From Minisyncoccota bacterium (GTDB lineage: Bacteria; Patescibacteriota; Minisyncoccia; Phycocordibacterales; SBAW01), in NCBI GenBank assembly GCA_035546615.1, contig DASZWM010000003.1, positions 32,001 through 96,000 of the forward strand: a stretch of 64,000 bases of DNA. Direction: 5' to 3'. Shown piece after piece: positions 52,858 through 61,990 of this stretch. The translations under genes and the position numbers were made by a program. The notes under the pieces are model-generated. The model saw only the letters and a program-made list of their open reading frames with translations, had not been told where the DNA came from and did not search any database. Position 1 is the first letter of the stretch. Every line of letters starts with the position of its first letter.

Positions 52858-54489
52858 CTAGCGGACGCGTTCCCCTGCCGCGCGCACGAATGCCGTAAAA
52901 AGCGGGTGCGGCGTGAGCGGCCGTGAAAGGAATTCCGGGTGGAACTGCGTGCCGAGCATGAACGGATGCGCTTCCTTCGGGAGTTCCGCTATTTCCATGA
53001 GCACGCCGTCGGGCGAGCGGCCGGAAAATACGAGCCCGGCTTTTTCTATCTGCTCTATATATTGCGGGTTCACCTCGTAGCGGTGGCGGTGCCTTTCGCG
53101 CACTTCAGGCGCGCCGTAAGCCGCCGCGGCAATGCTGCCGTCGCGAAGCAGGGCCGGATAGCCGCCCAAGCGCATGGTGCCGCCGAGCTTATTGGTGGCG
53201 ACATTCTCTTTCTGGCTTTCCATAACGGCAATGACCGGGAATTTCGTATTCGGGTCAACTTCGGTCGTATGTGCGCCGGCGAGGCCCGCGACATTGCGCG
53301 CGTATTCGATGACCATGAGCTGCATGCCGTAGCACAGGCCGAAGTACGGTATCTTGTGCGTGCGCACGTACTCGATGACCTTTATTTTTCCTTCGATGCC
53401 GGTGGCCCCGAAGCCGCCCGGAATGAGCACGCCGTCGTATGTATCAAGCACACTCAGAGGCGTCTCGCCAGTTTCGAATTTCTGCGAGCCAAGGTAGGAA
53501 AGCTTCAATTTGAAGCCCTGATGATAGGAAGCGGTCTTCAGCGCTTCGAGCACTGAAATATACACATCGGAGAGCACGAAGTCGCCGGAGTCGAAGTACT
53601 TTCCTACGACGGCAATGTTCACTTCCTTACTGCTGCTCTTTGCCTTTTCAACGAACGCTTTCCACTCGGCCATATTGGTAGGCCGCTTCGGGAGGCCGAG
53701 AACCTCGCACAAAATATCTCCCAGGCCGTCAGCCTCGTAATTGAGGGGCACGTCGTAAATGCTGTCGACATCGGGGGCCGAGATGACGCGCTCCGGCTTC
53801 ACGTTGCAGAAGGTCGCTATCTTTTCTTTACGCTTGGCATCGAGCGCCACTTCCGCGCGGGCGAGAATGACATCGGCCTGGAGGCCCGCGGAGTTAAGCT
53901 CGCGCGAGGCGTACTGGGTCGGCTTAGTCTTCATTTCGCCGATGTTGTGCGGTATCGGCAGGTACGAGAGCATCACGATGGCCACATCGCCGGGGTGCTC
54001 ATGCTTCATCATGCGCGCCGCCTCGAGGAATATGATGTTCTGATATTCGCCGATGGTTCCGCCCACCTCGATAAGCGTTACATCCGCCTGCGCGAGCTTC
54101 TGCGCCTCGGTGATGCGGCGGATAACCTCCATAGGCACGTGCGGCACTACCTCAACGTTCTTGCCTTTGTACTCGAGATTGCGCTCGCGGCGGATTATCT
54201 CCATGTATACGCGCCCCGTGGTCATGTAATTGACCTCGCTCAGGGTCTCGCCCAAAAAACGCTCGTAGTTGCCCATGTCCTGGTCGGTCTCATAGCCGTC
54301 GTCCAGCACGAACACCTCGCCGTGCTCGGTCGGGTTCATCGTGCCCGCGTCAACGTTGATGTACGGGTCTATCTTGAGGGCGGTCACCTTGAGGCCCTTG
54401 TCCTTGAGGATGCGCGCAATGGCGGAGGAGGCGATGCCCTTGCCTATTCCCGACATCACCCCGCCAACGACAAAGATATATTTCGGCAT
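52858..54489 (-). CDS. pyrG: CTP synthase
   Basis: Full-length. N-terminal synthetase domain (KYIFVVGGVMSGIGKG) plus a C-terminal GATase (GLCYGMQ). Confidence 0.97.
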   Translation of the reverse strand: MPKYIFVVGGVMSGIGKGIASSAIARILKDKGLKVTALKIDPYINVDAGTMNPTEHGEVFVLDDGYETDQDMGNYERFLGETLSEVNYMTTGRVYMEIIRRERNLEYKGKNVEVVPHVPMEVIRRITEAQKLAQADVTLIEVGGTIGEYQNIIFLEAARMMKHEHPGDVAIVMLSYLPIPHNIGEMKTKPTQYASRELNSAGLQADVILARAEVALDAKRKEKIATFCNVKPERVISAPDVDSIYDVPLNYEADGLGDILCEVLGLPKRPTNMAEWKAFVEKAKSSSKEVNIAVVGKYFDSGDFVLSDVYISVLEALKTASYHQGFKLKLSYLGSQKFETGETPLSVLDTYDGVLIPGGFGATGIEGKIKVIEYVRTHKIPYFGLCYGMQLMVIEYARNVAGLAGAHTTEVDPNTKFPVIAVMESQKENVATNKLGGTMRLGGYPALLRDGSIAAAAYGAPEVRERHRHRYEVNPQYIEQIEKAGLVFSGRSPDGVLMEIAELPKEAHPFMLGTQFHPEFLSRPLTPHPLFTAFVRAAGERVR

Positions 54490-54496
54490 GCGTTAG

Positions 54497-55429
54497 TTAT
54501 ATCTGGAGGTACCGGCGCACCGCAAGGAAGCTTGCCGCGGCGCCAAGCACGATGCCCGAACCCGCGATGACGCCGAAGAACAGCGGGAAATGCGTGATGA
54601 AGTAGTTGAAGACGTTCACGCCGCCGAAGAAATTAACGGTGGCGCTCCCGAGCCACCACGTGAGCGGATACATAAGGAGGAGCGTGATGACCGCGGCTAC
54701 CAGGCCGTACAGCACGCCTTCCACCATGAACGGCGCGCGGATGTAGCTCTTGGTGGCGCCAACGAGCCGCATCACCTGTATCTCATCGCGGCTGGAGTAG
54801 ATGGCGAGCCTGAGCGTGTTAAAGGAAATGGCGATGGTCATGAGTATGAATATGACTATAACGACGAGCCCTATCCATTTGGCGGAGTCGGTTATCTGCG
54901 CGAGCCGGTCCACCGCCGCGCGGTGCTCCGCGTCGTAGTAGTTTATCTTCTCGATAATCGGCGTGGCGCCGCTCCCCAGCGCGTCCTGGTCGTTGAGGAA
55001 GCTCGCAAGACCCTCGTACTGCGTTATCTCATGCGCCTTGATGTTGAGGACCGCTCCCAGCGGATTGTCGCCGAGCTCTTCGAGGGCCTGAAGGGTCAGC
55101 TGGTCGTTCTGATGGCGCTCGCGGAAGGCGGCAAGCGCCGCTTCGCGGGTCGTGTAGGTCACCGTTTCCACTTCGGGAAGCGCCTCAAGCGAGCTCTTTA
55201 TCTCGAGTATGCGGTCCTCCGGCGCGTCGGTCGTGAAGTACACGTTCATATCGGCCTTGTCGCGGAATTCCTCGAGCGTGGAGCTCAGTATCACGCCGGT
55301 GAACATGGCCAGCCCTATGACGCACAGCGTAAAGACCATCATAAGGACGGACGCGAAGGACACGAAGCCGTTCCTCCAGAAATCGAGGAACCCCGCCCTA
55401 AACACGCGTTTTATGCTGAGCCAATTCAT
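54497..55429 (-). CDS. ftsX: Cell division permease-like protein FtsX
   Basis: FtsX topology: one TM, a periplasmic domain, then three TM. Confidence 0.9.
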   Translation of the reverse strand: MNWLSIKRVFRAGFLDFWRNGFVSFASVLMMVFTLCVIGLAMFTGVILSSTLEEFRDKADMNVYFTTDAPEDRILEIKSSLEALPEVETVTYTTREAALAAFRERHQNDQLTLQALEELGDNPLGAVLNIKAHEITQYEGLASFLNDQDALGSGATPIIEKINYYDAEHRAAVDRLAQITDSAKWIGLVVIVIFILMTIAISFNTLRLAIYSSRDEIQVMRLVGATKSYIRAPFMVEGVLYGLVAAVITLLLMYPLTWWLGSATVNFFGGVNVFNYFITHFPLFFGVIAGSGIVLGAAASFLAVRRYLQI

Positions 55430-55431
55430 AG

Positions 55432-56112
55432 TTACAGTATGTACTTCCCTTCCCGGTCGTCGCGCACGACCTTCCCGCGGTCAAGCGTTACGACGCGCTT
55501 CTTGAGGCTGTCGATGACGCCCTTGTTGTGGGTCGTGAGGATGATGGTGGTGCCGAGGTCGTTTATCTTCTTGAGTATCTGAACGACCTCGAACGTGTTG
55601 ACCGGGTCGAGGTTGCCGGTCGGCTCGTCGGCGATGATGACATCGGGCTGGTTCACTATGGCCCGCGCGATAGCGACGCGCTGCTGCTCGCCGCCGGAAA
55701 GCTCGTCGGGGAAATTGTTCATCTTCTCGCCCAGGTCTACGAGCTCGAGCACGTGCGGCACGTCGGACTGTATCTCGTCCTCGCTGCGGCCGGCCGCCTC
55801 CATGGCGAAGGCCACGTTCTCGTACGCGGTTTTCTGCGGCAGGAGGCGGAAATCCTGGAATACCGTCCCTATCTTGCGGCGCAGGTCGTTCATCCTGCGG
55901 CTGTGCACCTCGTGGACGTTGACCGACTCGAAGAATACCGAGCCGGAGGAGGGGCGCTCTTCGGCCAAGAGCATTTTGACCAGCGTGGTCTTGCCGGCGC
56001 CCGAGTGTCCGACGAGGGAGATGAATTCTCCCGGTTCGACCGAGAAACTGACGTCGTTGAGAGCAACGGAGTTATCTGCGTAGATTTTTGATACGCGGTC
56101 GTAGTAGATCAT
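55432..56112 (-). CDS. ftsE: Cell division ATP-binding protein FtsE
   Basis: Walker [18 protein letters not shown], and Walker B. Adjacent to ftsX. Confidence 0.95.
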   Translation of the reverse strand: MIYYDRVSKIYADNSVALNDVSFSVEPGEFISLVGHSGAGKTTLVKMLLAEERPSSGSVFFESVNVHEVHSRRMNDLRRKIGTVFQDFRLLPQKTAYENVAFAMEAAGRSEDEIQSDVPHVLELVDLGEKMNNFPDELSGGEQQRVAIARAIVNQPDVIIADEPTGNLDPVNTFEVVQILKKINDLGTTIILTTHNKGVIDSLKKRVVTLDRGKVVRDDREGKYIL

Positions 56113-56157
56113 GACAACCTATGTATTTTACCCCTTTAGGGGCCGATGTGCAAAAAA

Positions 56158-57015
56158 CTAGGCCAGGAAGGGGTCAAGCGCCCCTTCAAGCACGCCTTCG
56201 GCATCGCGGACCTCCACATTGGTGCGGTGGTCCTTCACTAATTTGTACGGATGAAGCACGTAGGAGCGTATCTGATTGCCCCATTCGATCTTGCCGACTG
56301 CGGTTGAAAGTTCGTCTATGCGCTCTTTGCGCTCCTCTGCCATAAAATGGAGCAGTTTCGCCTCTACTATCGCAAGCGCCTTCTCCTTGTTCGCTCCCTG
56401 CGTGCGCTCGCCGTCAACGTGCGCGGAAATGCCGGTAGGCTTATGCACGATGCGCACCGCCGTTTCGCGCTTGTTGACGTTCTGGCCGCCCGGGCCGCCG
56501 GAGCGCGCCACCGTTATTTCAAGGTCGTCTTCGGGAATATCGATATCGGACACTTTTTCCAAGACCGGCAGGACCTCCACGAGCACGAAGGACGTGTGCC
56601 GTTTGGCGGAGGCATTGAACGGCGAGATGCGCACGAGCCGATGCACGCCGTACTCGTTTTTGAGCGTGCCGTACGCGCGCTTCCCCGCTATTTCTATCGA
56701 AAGGTTGCGGTAGCCGCCGCGGTCGTTCCGGTTCTCGTGCAGCAGCTTGTAGCCCCAGCCGCGGTTTTCTATGAACTTGCGGTACATCTCAAAGAGCATG
56801 TGCGCGAAATCCTCGGCATCGTCCCCGCCCGCGCCCGCGACGATGGTGAGTATGGCGTTGCCGTTCTCGTATTTGCTGCCCCCCTCAAGCTCTGCCTTGA
56901 GGTCCTGGAGCTCTTTTATGAGATTCCGGGCCTCGGCAGGGTTGCTCCAAAAGTCCGGAGCCTGCATCGCTCCTTCTATCTCCCTGATGCGCTTTTCTAC
57001 CTCTTCTTTGGTCAT
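56158..57015 (-). CDS. prfB: Peptide chain release factor 2 (short form, 285 aa, single ORF)
   Basis: SPF and GGQ motifs. It starts at a position equivalent to just after the usual RF2 frameshift site. The ATG directly abuts the tRNA-Thr CCA end. Confidence 0.9.
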   Translation of the reverse strand: MTKEEVEKRIREIEGAMQAPDFWSNPAEARNLIKELQDLKAELEGGSKYENGNAILTIVAGAGGDDAEDFAHMLFEMYRKFIENRGWGYKLLHENRNDRGGYRNLSIEIAGKRAYGTLKNEYGVHRLVRISPFNASAKRHTSFVLVEVLPVLEKVSDIDIPEDDLEITVARSGGPGGQNVNKRETAVRIVHKPTGISAHVDGERTQGANKEKALAIVEAKLLHFMAEERKERIDELSTAVGKIEWGNQIRSYVLHPYKLVKDHRTNVEVRDAEGVLEGALDPFLA

Positions 57016-57091
57016 TGGAGCCGGAGGCCAGGATTGAACTGGCGACCCCGTCTTTACGAAAGACGTGCTCTACCAACTGAGCTACTCCGGC
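57016..57091 (-). tRNA. tRNA-Thr (anticodon CGT), CCA encoded
   Basis: GCCGGAGTAGCTCAGTTGGTAGAGCACGTCTTTCGTAAAGACGGGGTCGCCAGTTCAATCCTGGCCTCCGGCTCCA. Confidence 0.85.
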
Positions 57092-57113
57092 AAAGGAAGT
57101 CAAAGAAAATCTA

Positions 57114-57554
57114 TCATATAAGCAAACGGGCGGCAATCGCTCTTTTACTTATTGCGCGCCCTTTTCTGCCGTTTCCTTTATTGAGATTAGCATAAGTAGG
57201 ACTTAATGCGTCACAGTTCGGACAAACTAGTCTAAGATTTTCTTCTGTATTATTCTGCCAATTACCATCGATATGGTCCGCAACTAACGGCACAAGTCCG
57301 GTAACCGGATTAACTTCCGACCAACCGCACATACAACACTTATCGCCAAACTTTTCTCGCAGATAACGCTTGACCGGCCTTGAGACTATCCCCGTTACCT
57401 TTAGTCCTGTTATCTTTCCCTCTTTCCACTTTTTGATATAAGATTCGTGCTGCAATTGTGCCTGGCACTTGTTACTGCAATAGGTGTATCCAGCGCGAGC
57501 AGTCTCTGTACCACACAGAACACACGCGCTACGTGGTTTTTTAGGCATCGACAT
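57114..57554 (-). CDS. HNH endonuclease
   Basis: N-terminal Zn-ribbon (CVLCG...C..C) and an HNH core DHIDGNWQNNTEENLRLVCPNCD. ATG at 57554 or 57548 (the track has TTG at 57575). Confidence 0.8.
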   Translation of the reverse strand: MSMPKKPRSACVLCGTETARAGYTYCSNKCQAQLQHESYIKKWKEGKITGLKVTGIVSRPVKRYLREKFGDKCCMCGWSEVNPVTGLVPLVADHIDGNWQNNTEENLRLVCPNCDALSPTYANLNKGNGRKGRAISKRAIAARLLI

Positions 57555-57627
57555 ACCTACAAGAAGTATATGCAAACTGCTTATCGGTGTAAATAATTAC
57601 ATCGGAAGCAATTTACAGCATATTTTG

Positions 57628-57880
57628 AGCCGAAGGCCGGAATCGAACCGGCGACCTACTCCTTCGCTTACACCTCTTTTTTCTTTATAAGAGGGCTAGA
57701 CTGTATCTTTCTCCTGCGAACAGGAGACCCTTGTCAGTCGTTCGAGCGTCTAGGACGCTACGGTCTGGACCAGTCATGTGGCCTTTAACCGTTATTCGGG
57801 ATTCATTCCGACGTTACCGTCGGGATGGGCGGGGTCTGCGACCCACCATGGAGTTGCTCTACCATCTGAGCTACTTCGGC
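57628..57880 (-). tRNA. tRNA-Thr (anticodon GGT) interrupted by a ~180-nt intervening sequence in the anticodon loop
   Basis: The 5' half GCCGAAGTAGCTCAGATGGTAGAGCAACTCCATGGT lies at 57880..57845. The 3' half AAGGAGTAGGTCGCCGGTTCGATTCCGGCCTTCGGCT lies at 57664..57628. The acceptor, anticodon and T stems all pair across the insertion. Confidence 0.55.
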
Positions 57881-58017
57881 TTATTGTACTGAGTCCCGAC
57901 GCTTTGGTCGGGAGGCCGACTGACACGTCGGCCCTACTTCGGCTTATACAAGAACATCTATCAACTTACAATAAAAACGGCAAAATTGCCAAAAAATATA
58001 GGCGGTATACTGGTGGC

Positions 58018-58380
58018 ATGAACGAATTTTTCAGGAAGGTGGCGCACGGGGCAAGCAGGACCATGGGCTCGCCGTGGGCGTTCCTTATCGCGCTCAGCAT
58101 CGTGGCGCTGTGGGCCGGCACCGGATGGCTGTTCGACTTTTCCAACACCTGGCAGCTGGTCATCAATACCGGCACGACCATCGTGACGTTCCTTATGGTA
58201 TTCCTTATCCAGAACACGCAGAACCGCGACGCGCACGCAACACACCTGAAGCTGGACGAGCTTATTAAGGCGCTCGGCCCCGCAGACAATGAGCTTATCG
58301 ATGTGGAGGACGAGACGGACGAGCGGATAAGCGCGCTGGAGGCGGAACTGAAAAAATTCAAGGACGAGCACAAGCACTAA
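58018..58380 (+). CDS. Low-affinity iron permease (Fet4-like) family protein
   Basis: [33 protein letters not shown]...IQNTQNRD pattern. The track ORF is extended upstream across the tRNA. Confidence 0.55.
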   Translation: MNEFFRKVAHGASRTMGSPWAFLIALSIVALWAGTGWLFDFSNTWQLVINTGTTIVTFLMVFLIQNTQNRDAHATHLKLDELIKALGPADNELIDVEDETDERISALEAELKKFKDEHKH

Positions 58381-58424
58381 GGGCGGCCGAAGCCGCCCTT
58401 AAGCGCATACGCCTCTTTTCTAAA

Positions 58425-58520
58425 CTACATCTCGCCGCTCGGGCATGCCTTGCCGCACGCGGCGCACGTCGCATCCCCTACTTTGCACGTACTGGCCGCA
58501 CCGCAGTCACATTTGTCCAT
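58425..58520 (-). CDS. Candidate 31-aa Cys-rich peptide (metallothionein-like or RiPP-like)
   Basis: MDKCDCGAASTCKVGDATCAACGKACPSGEM has 9 Cys in 31 aa. It is below the ORF-track cutoff. Confidence 0.25.
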   Translation of the reverse strand: MDKCDCGAASTCKVGDATCAACGKACPSGEM

Positions 58521-58576
58521 ATAAACATGGTTATTGCTAATGGCGCCCTGTCTTATCAGTATAGACCCTCTTTTTG

Positions 58577-58651
58577 CGCGAGAGACGGGACTTGAACCCG
58601 CAACCTCTTCCGTGACAGGGAAGCGCTCTAACCAAATTGAGCTACTCCCGC
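58577..58651 (-). tRNA. tRNA-Asp (anticodon GTC)
   Basis: GCGGGAGTAGCTCAATTTGGTTAGAGCGCTTCCCTGTCACGGAAGAGGTTGCGGGTTCAAGTCCCGTCTCTCGCG. Confidence 0.85.
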
Positions 58652-58795
58652 ATATACTATGCGGACACAGGCTATTCTAGCCGAAAAATGCTGATTTTCC
58701 AAGATAGCGAGGAAATCGGCTTCTAGGCGTGAGGCTTGCAAGTTCTTACGGTCCATCCTCAAGGAGGGACCTCGGCCGCACATGCTGCGCATTTG

Positions 58796-58869
58796 TGTCG
58801 GCGGAAGGACTTGCACCTTCGACCTTGGGTTTATGAGTCCCATGCTCTAACTACCTGAGCTACGCCGAC
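58796..58869 (-). tRNA. tRNA-Met (anticodon CAT; elongator or Ile2-type, G1-C72)
   Basis: GTCGGCGTAGCTCAGGTAGTTAGAGCATGGGACTCATAAACCCAAGGTCGAAGGTGCAAGTCCTTCCGCCGACA. Confidence 0.8.
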
Positions 58870-58930
58870 ATGCCCTGCCCTATCGGACAAAGTAGGCTCA
58901 AAATAGCATTTTTACGGCCTTACTTCAACG

Positions 58931-59551
58931 CTACGCGTGCGCGTGATGATGCGCGTGGAGTTTCCGGTATACGTGGGCGTAGGCGATCGTGCTGACCGGA
59001 ACGGTTACGAGAAGCCCCACCATCAGAAGTATCGCGCCCAGCATATTGACCAGGCCGCACAAGAGAAGGAATCCCAGCAGCTTCCATTTTACTCCCCGCG
59101 TCATCGCGCCGCTTTTCTTGAGGCTCTCTTTGACGCCCGCGCCTTCAAGCACCGCGAAGCGCACCATCGAGAAGCGCAGCGACAGGTAGATACCCGGGAT
59201 GATAAGAAGGACAAACCCAAGGAGGATGAGCAGGCCCGCAGCCAGCGAGGCGAGCAGGTACGTCCACACCAGCCGCACGGGCGGAAGTATGTCGGCGTAC
59301 TGCGCGCGCTCCCCTTTTGCTATCTTGAGCATGATAAGGACGAAGCCGACGCCGGCCACGCATTCGGCCGCGAGCACGGCTACAAGGGCGAGCACGCCGA
59401 TAAGCTGGTCCATAAGCGTCGCGGTAACCAGGGCCTGGGCAACCTGGAGCGCGAAGATCGTAAGCATCGCCCCGAAGAGGAGGCCGCTATGCTCCCTGGT
59501 CTTCTGCCAGCCGAACGCGAAGGACTCTTTGATCGAAAAAGCGGATTCCAT
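58931..59551 (-). CDS. Integral membrane protein with His-rich C-terminus
   Basis: Four or five TM helices, ending KLHAHHHAHA. Confidence 0.5.
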   Translation of the reverse strand: MESAFSIKESFAFGWQKTREHSGLLFGAMLTIFALQVAQALVTATLMDQLIGVLALVAVLAAECVAGVGFVLIMLKIAKGERAQYADILPPVRLVWTYLLASLAAGLLILLGFVLLIIPGIYLSLRFSMVRFAVLEGAGVKESLKKSGAMTRGVKWKLLGFLLLCGLVNMLGAILLMVGLLVTVPVSTIAYAHVYRKLHAHHHAHA

Positions 59552-59615
59552 AATGCAAATTTACTTATTAAATTACTTGTACTATAGCACTAATCTTGAT
59601 ATAATTGCATTTCAT

Positions 59616-59687
59616 CGCGGGGTGGAGCAGTAGTAGCTCGCAAGGCTCATAACCTTGAGGTCGCAGGTGCAAGTCCTGCCCCCGCAA
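59616..59687 (+). tRNA. Initiator tRNA-fMet (anticodon CAT, C1-A72 mismatch)
   Basis: CGCGGGGTGGAGCAGTAGTAGCTCGCAAGGCTCATAACCTTGAGGTCGCAGGTGCAAGTCCTGCCCCCGCAA. The unpaired 1-72 position is the initiator hallmark. Confidence 0.75.
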
Positions 59688-59688
59688 C

Positions 59689-59731
59689 AAGCCAAAAGTA
59701 AGACACCCCTTCGGGGGTGTCTTACTTTTGC
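59689..59731. terminator. Bidirectional intrinsic terminator
   Basis: AAAAGTAAGACACCCC-TTCG-GGGGTGTCTTACTTTTG, a 14-bp stem with a UUCG loop. Confidence 0.7.
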
Positions 59732-59934
59732 TGCTTTTGCGAGGGAAAGAAGCGAACTGCTTCGCTTCTGGCAGGACTTGCAGGCCGGAGCGCGACCTCA
59801 TTTTCTTAGAGGTATTCCTCTTAGAAAATGGAAGTACTCCTGTGGTGTTGTTTTGCACTTGCAAAACCGCGAGGCCGGGCTGCAGCCGAGCCGAGTGACG
59901 ACGAGGCGAGAGCGAAGGCCAAGCCTATTCTCCC

Positions 59935-60564
59935 CTACACAAAATCGAATTCCTCAAAAACCCGCCGATACAAATCGATAGTCGCGTTCGCTTCGCGCTG
60001 CGACAAATGGTAAGTCTCTCCCTGATGCGCGATGTCGTTGCGCACCTTGTGCGCCTTCCATGCCAAGTCGAGTGTCGAGAACTGGAGGGGGTTCGCATCG
60101 CGCAGCTTCTCCCCTATATCCTTGCCCCGATAGCCCTGGGTATTGAGCAGGTCGCCAAGCATGATATCGGCTTCGAGTATGGCACGACGCCAATCGCTCT
60201 CGCTGCCCGAGCTTGACCACTCCCGGATCTTCTCCCAATGCGGGTTCTTGTGCGGATCTTCCGGATGCTCGACCTTGTGTTCGTGCGCTTCCTTCCCGTG
60301 GAACCCTTCGTGCTCGACCGTTACAAGCCGGATGCGGACCCACACCGCCAGCGCAAAGAGGAATACGGTCGCAACCATGCCGATGACGGCGATAAGCCCG
60401 AGGGAGAAAGAGAATCCTGACGCCACATGCGACGCAGTGGCGGCCTGGTCTGCCGGCGTCGCGGAGCCGTCCAAAGGAAAGCCGAAGAACGCAAAGACGG
60501 CATTTACGATATCGAACCCGCGCAAAAGGATGTACTCAATGTTAAGGAAATGGACGTTCTCCAT
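59935..60564 (-). CDS. Membrane protein, hypothetical
   Basis: Two TM helices plus a charged, His-rich soluble domain. ATG at 60564 (the track has TTG at 60585). Confidence 0.45.
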   Translation of the reverse strand: MENVHFLNIEYILLRGFDIVNAVFAFFGFPLDGSATPADQAATASHVASGFSFSLGLIAVIGMVATVFLFALAVWVRIRLVTVEHEGFHGKEAHEHKVEHPEDPHKNPHWEKIREWSSSGSESDWRRAILEADIMLGDLLNTQGYRGKDIGEKLRDANPLQFSTLDLAWKAHKVRNDIAHQGETYHLSQREANATIDLYRRVFEEFDFV

Positions 60565-60568
60565 CCGG

Positions 60569-61990
60569 TTATTGTACCTCGCCAAGCAGCAGCTTGCCGA
60601 CGGCGAACAGCCCGGCTTCGTCGCCGTGCGCGCCGGTGAACTGGATGCCTACCGGAAGCTCCTTTCCTTCACGTGCTACCGTCCCCATGGGCAGAGAGAT
60701 GGCGGGATTGCCTGTGAGGTTGGCGGTTACCGTAAAGATATCGAGCAGATACATGGTCAGAGGGTCGGCGGTGTTCTCGCCGAGTTTCGGCGCGGGGGAA
60801 GGAGCCGACGGCGTAACAATGAAGTCAACGCGCTCAAGCGCGGAAGCTACTTCCTTTGAAAGCTGCGCGCGGGCCGCAGTCGCCTTGCCGTAGTACGCAT
60901 CATAATAGCCGGAGGAGAGCACGTACGTGCCGAGCATGATGCGGCGGCGGGCTTCCGGACCGAACCCTTCGCCGCGGGTTTTCGCATAATCCTCCCACAG
61001 GCTGTCGCCCTTGAGCGACAGCCCGTAGCGCACGCCGTCGAAGCGCGCGAGGTTGGTCGATACCTCGGCCGGCATGATCACATAGTAGATCGCGAGCGCC
61101 AGTCCGGCTGAAGGCAGATCGATATCGACGATTTCGTAGCCTTGCGCCCTCAGCTTGTCGAGCGACTCTTCAAAATGCCCGAGCACATCGGCATCCACGC
61201 CTCTTGCCAGAAGCGCGCGGGGCACGCCGATTTTTTTCTTGGATGCGCGCTTTGGGTAGAAATTTTCATCAATTGACGTGCTATCAAGCGGGTCCTTGCC
61301 GCGCATAGCGTTAAAAATGAGCTCGGCGTCGGCCACGCTGCGCGCGAGCGGGCCGGCCTGGTCGAGGCTGCTGCCCATCGCGATGAGTCCCGATCGGGAC
61401 ACGGCTCCGTACGTCGGCTTAAACCCAACCAGGCCGCAGAAGCTCGCGGGCTCGCGAATAGAGCCGCCTGTGTCGGTACCCAATGCGCCCAGCGCCATGT
61501 TCGCGGCGACGGCCGCCGCGGAGCCGCCGGAGGAGCCGCCGGGGACGCGCGAGGTATCGTGGGGATTTTTGGTCGGGCCGTAGGCCGAGTTCTCGGTAGA
61601 GCTGCCGTGAGCGAATTCATCCATGTTGGTGCGGCCCAGGAATACCGCGCCGGCTTCCTTAAGCTTGCGTATGAGCGTCGCGTCGTAGCTTGCGACGTAG
61701 TTCTCGAGAATTTTGGAGGCCGCCGATACGCGCCGCCCTTCTATCAAAATATTGTCCTTTAGCGCGAGCGGTATGCCGAGCAGGGGACCGCTCTCCCCCG
61801 CCCTTCGCCGCTCATCGGCTTTTGCGGCCTGCGCTTCAACATCGTCGAACACTTCCAGGTAGGCGTTAAGCTCGCCGTTGCGCGCCTTGACGTTATCGAG
61901 GCAGGCGCGGGCGAGATCGACCGCCGTTATGTCCCCGGCCGCCAGCTTTTTGCCCGCCTCAAGTATGGAAAGCTCCGCTAGATTATTCAT
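60569..61990 (-). CDS. gatA: Glutamyl-tRNA(Gln)/Aspartyl-tRNA(Asn) amidotransferase subunit A
   Basis: Amidase signature GGSSGGSAAAVAA. Full-length GatA. Confidence 0.97.
   Translation of the reverse strand: MNNLAELSILEAGKKLAAGDITAVDLARACLDNVKARNGELNAYLEVFDDVEAQAAKADERRRAGESGPLLGIPLALKDNILIEGRRVSAASKILENYVASYDATLIRKLKEAGAVFLGRTNMDEFAHGSSTENSAYGPTKNPHDTSRVPGGSSGGSAAAVAANMALGALGTDTGGSIREPASFCGLVGFKPTYGAVSRSGLIAMGSSLDQAGPLARSVADAELIFNAMRGKDPLDSTSIDENFYPKRASKKKIGVPRALLARGVDADVLGHFEESLDKLRAQGYEIVDIDLPSAGLALAIYYVIMPAEVSTNLARFDGVRYGLSLKGDSLWEDYAKTRGEGFGPEARRRIMLGTYVLSSGYYDAYYGKATAARAQLSKEVASALERVDFIVTPSAPSPAPKLGENTADPLTMYLLDIFTVTANLTGNPAISLPMGTVAREGKELPVGIQFTGAHGDEAGLFAVGKLLLGEVQ

Noticed and set aside
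56158-57015. Programmed +1 frameshift in prfB
   Set aside because: No upstream frame-0 segment or CUU-UGA slippery site exists; the tRNA gene occupies that space. The gene is therefore annotated as a single short ORF.
59740-59900. Possible extra tRNA-like fragment after the fMet terminator (GGCCTGCAAGTCCTGCC on the minus strand)
   Set aside because: Only a T-arm-like segment is present, with no acceptor or anticodon stems. It is likely a chance similarity or a remnant, not a gene.
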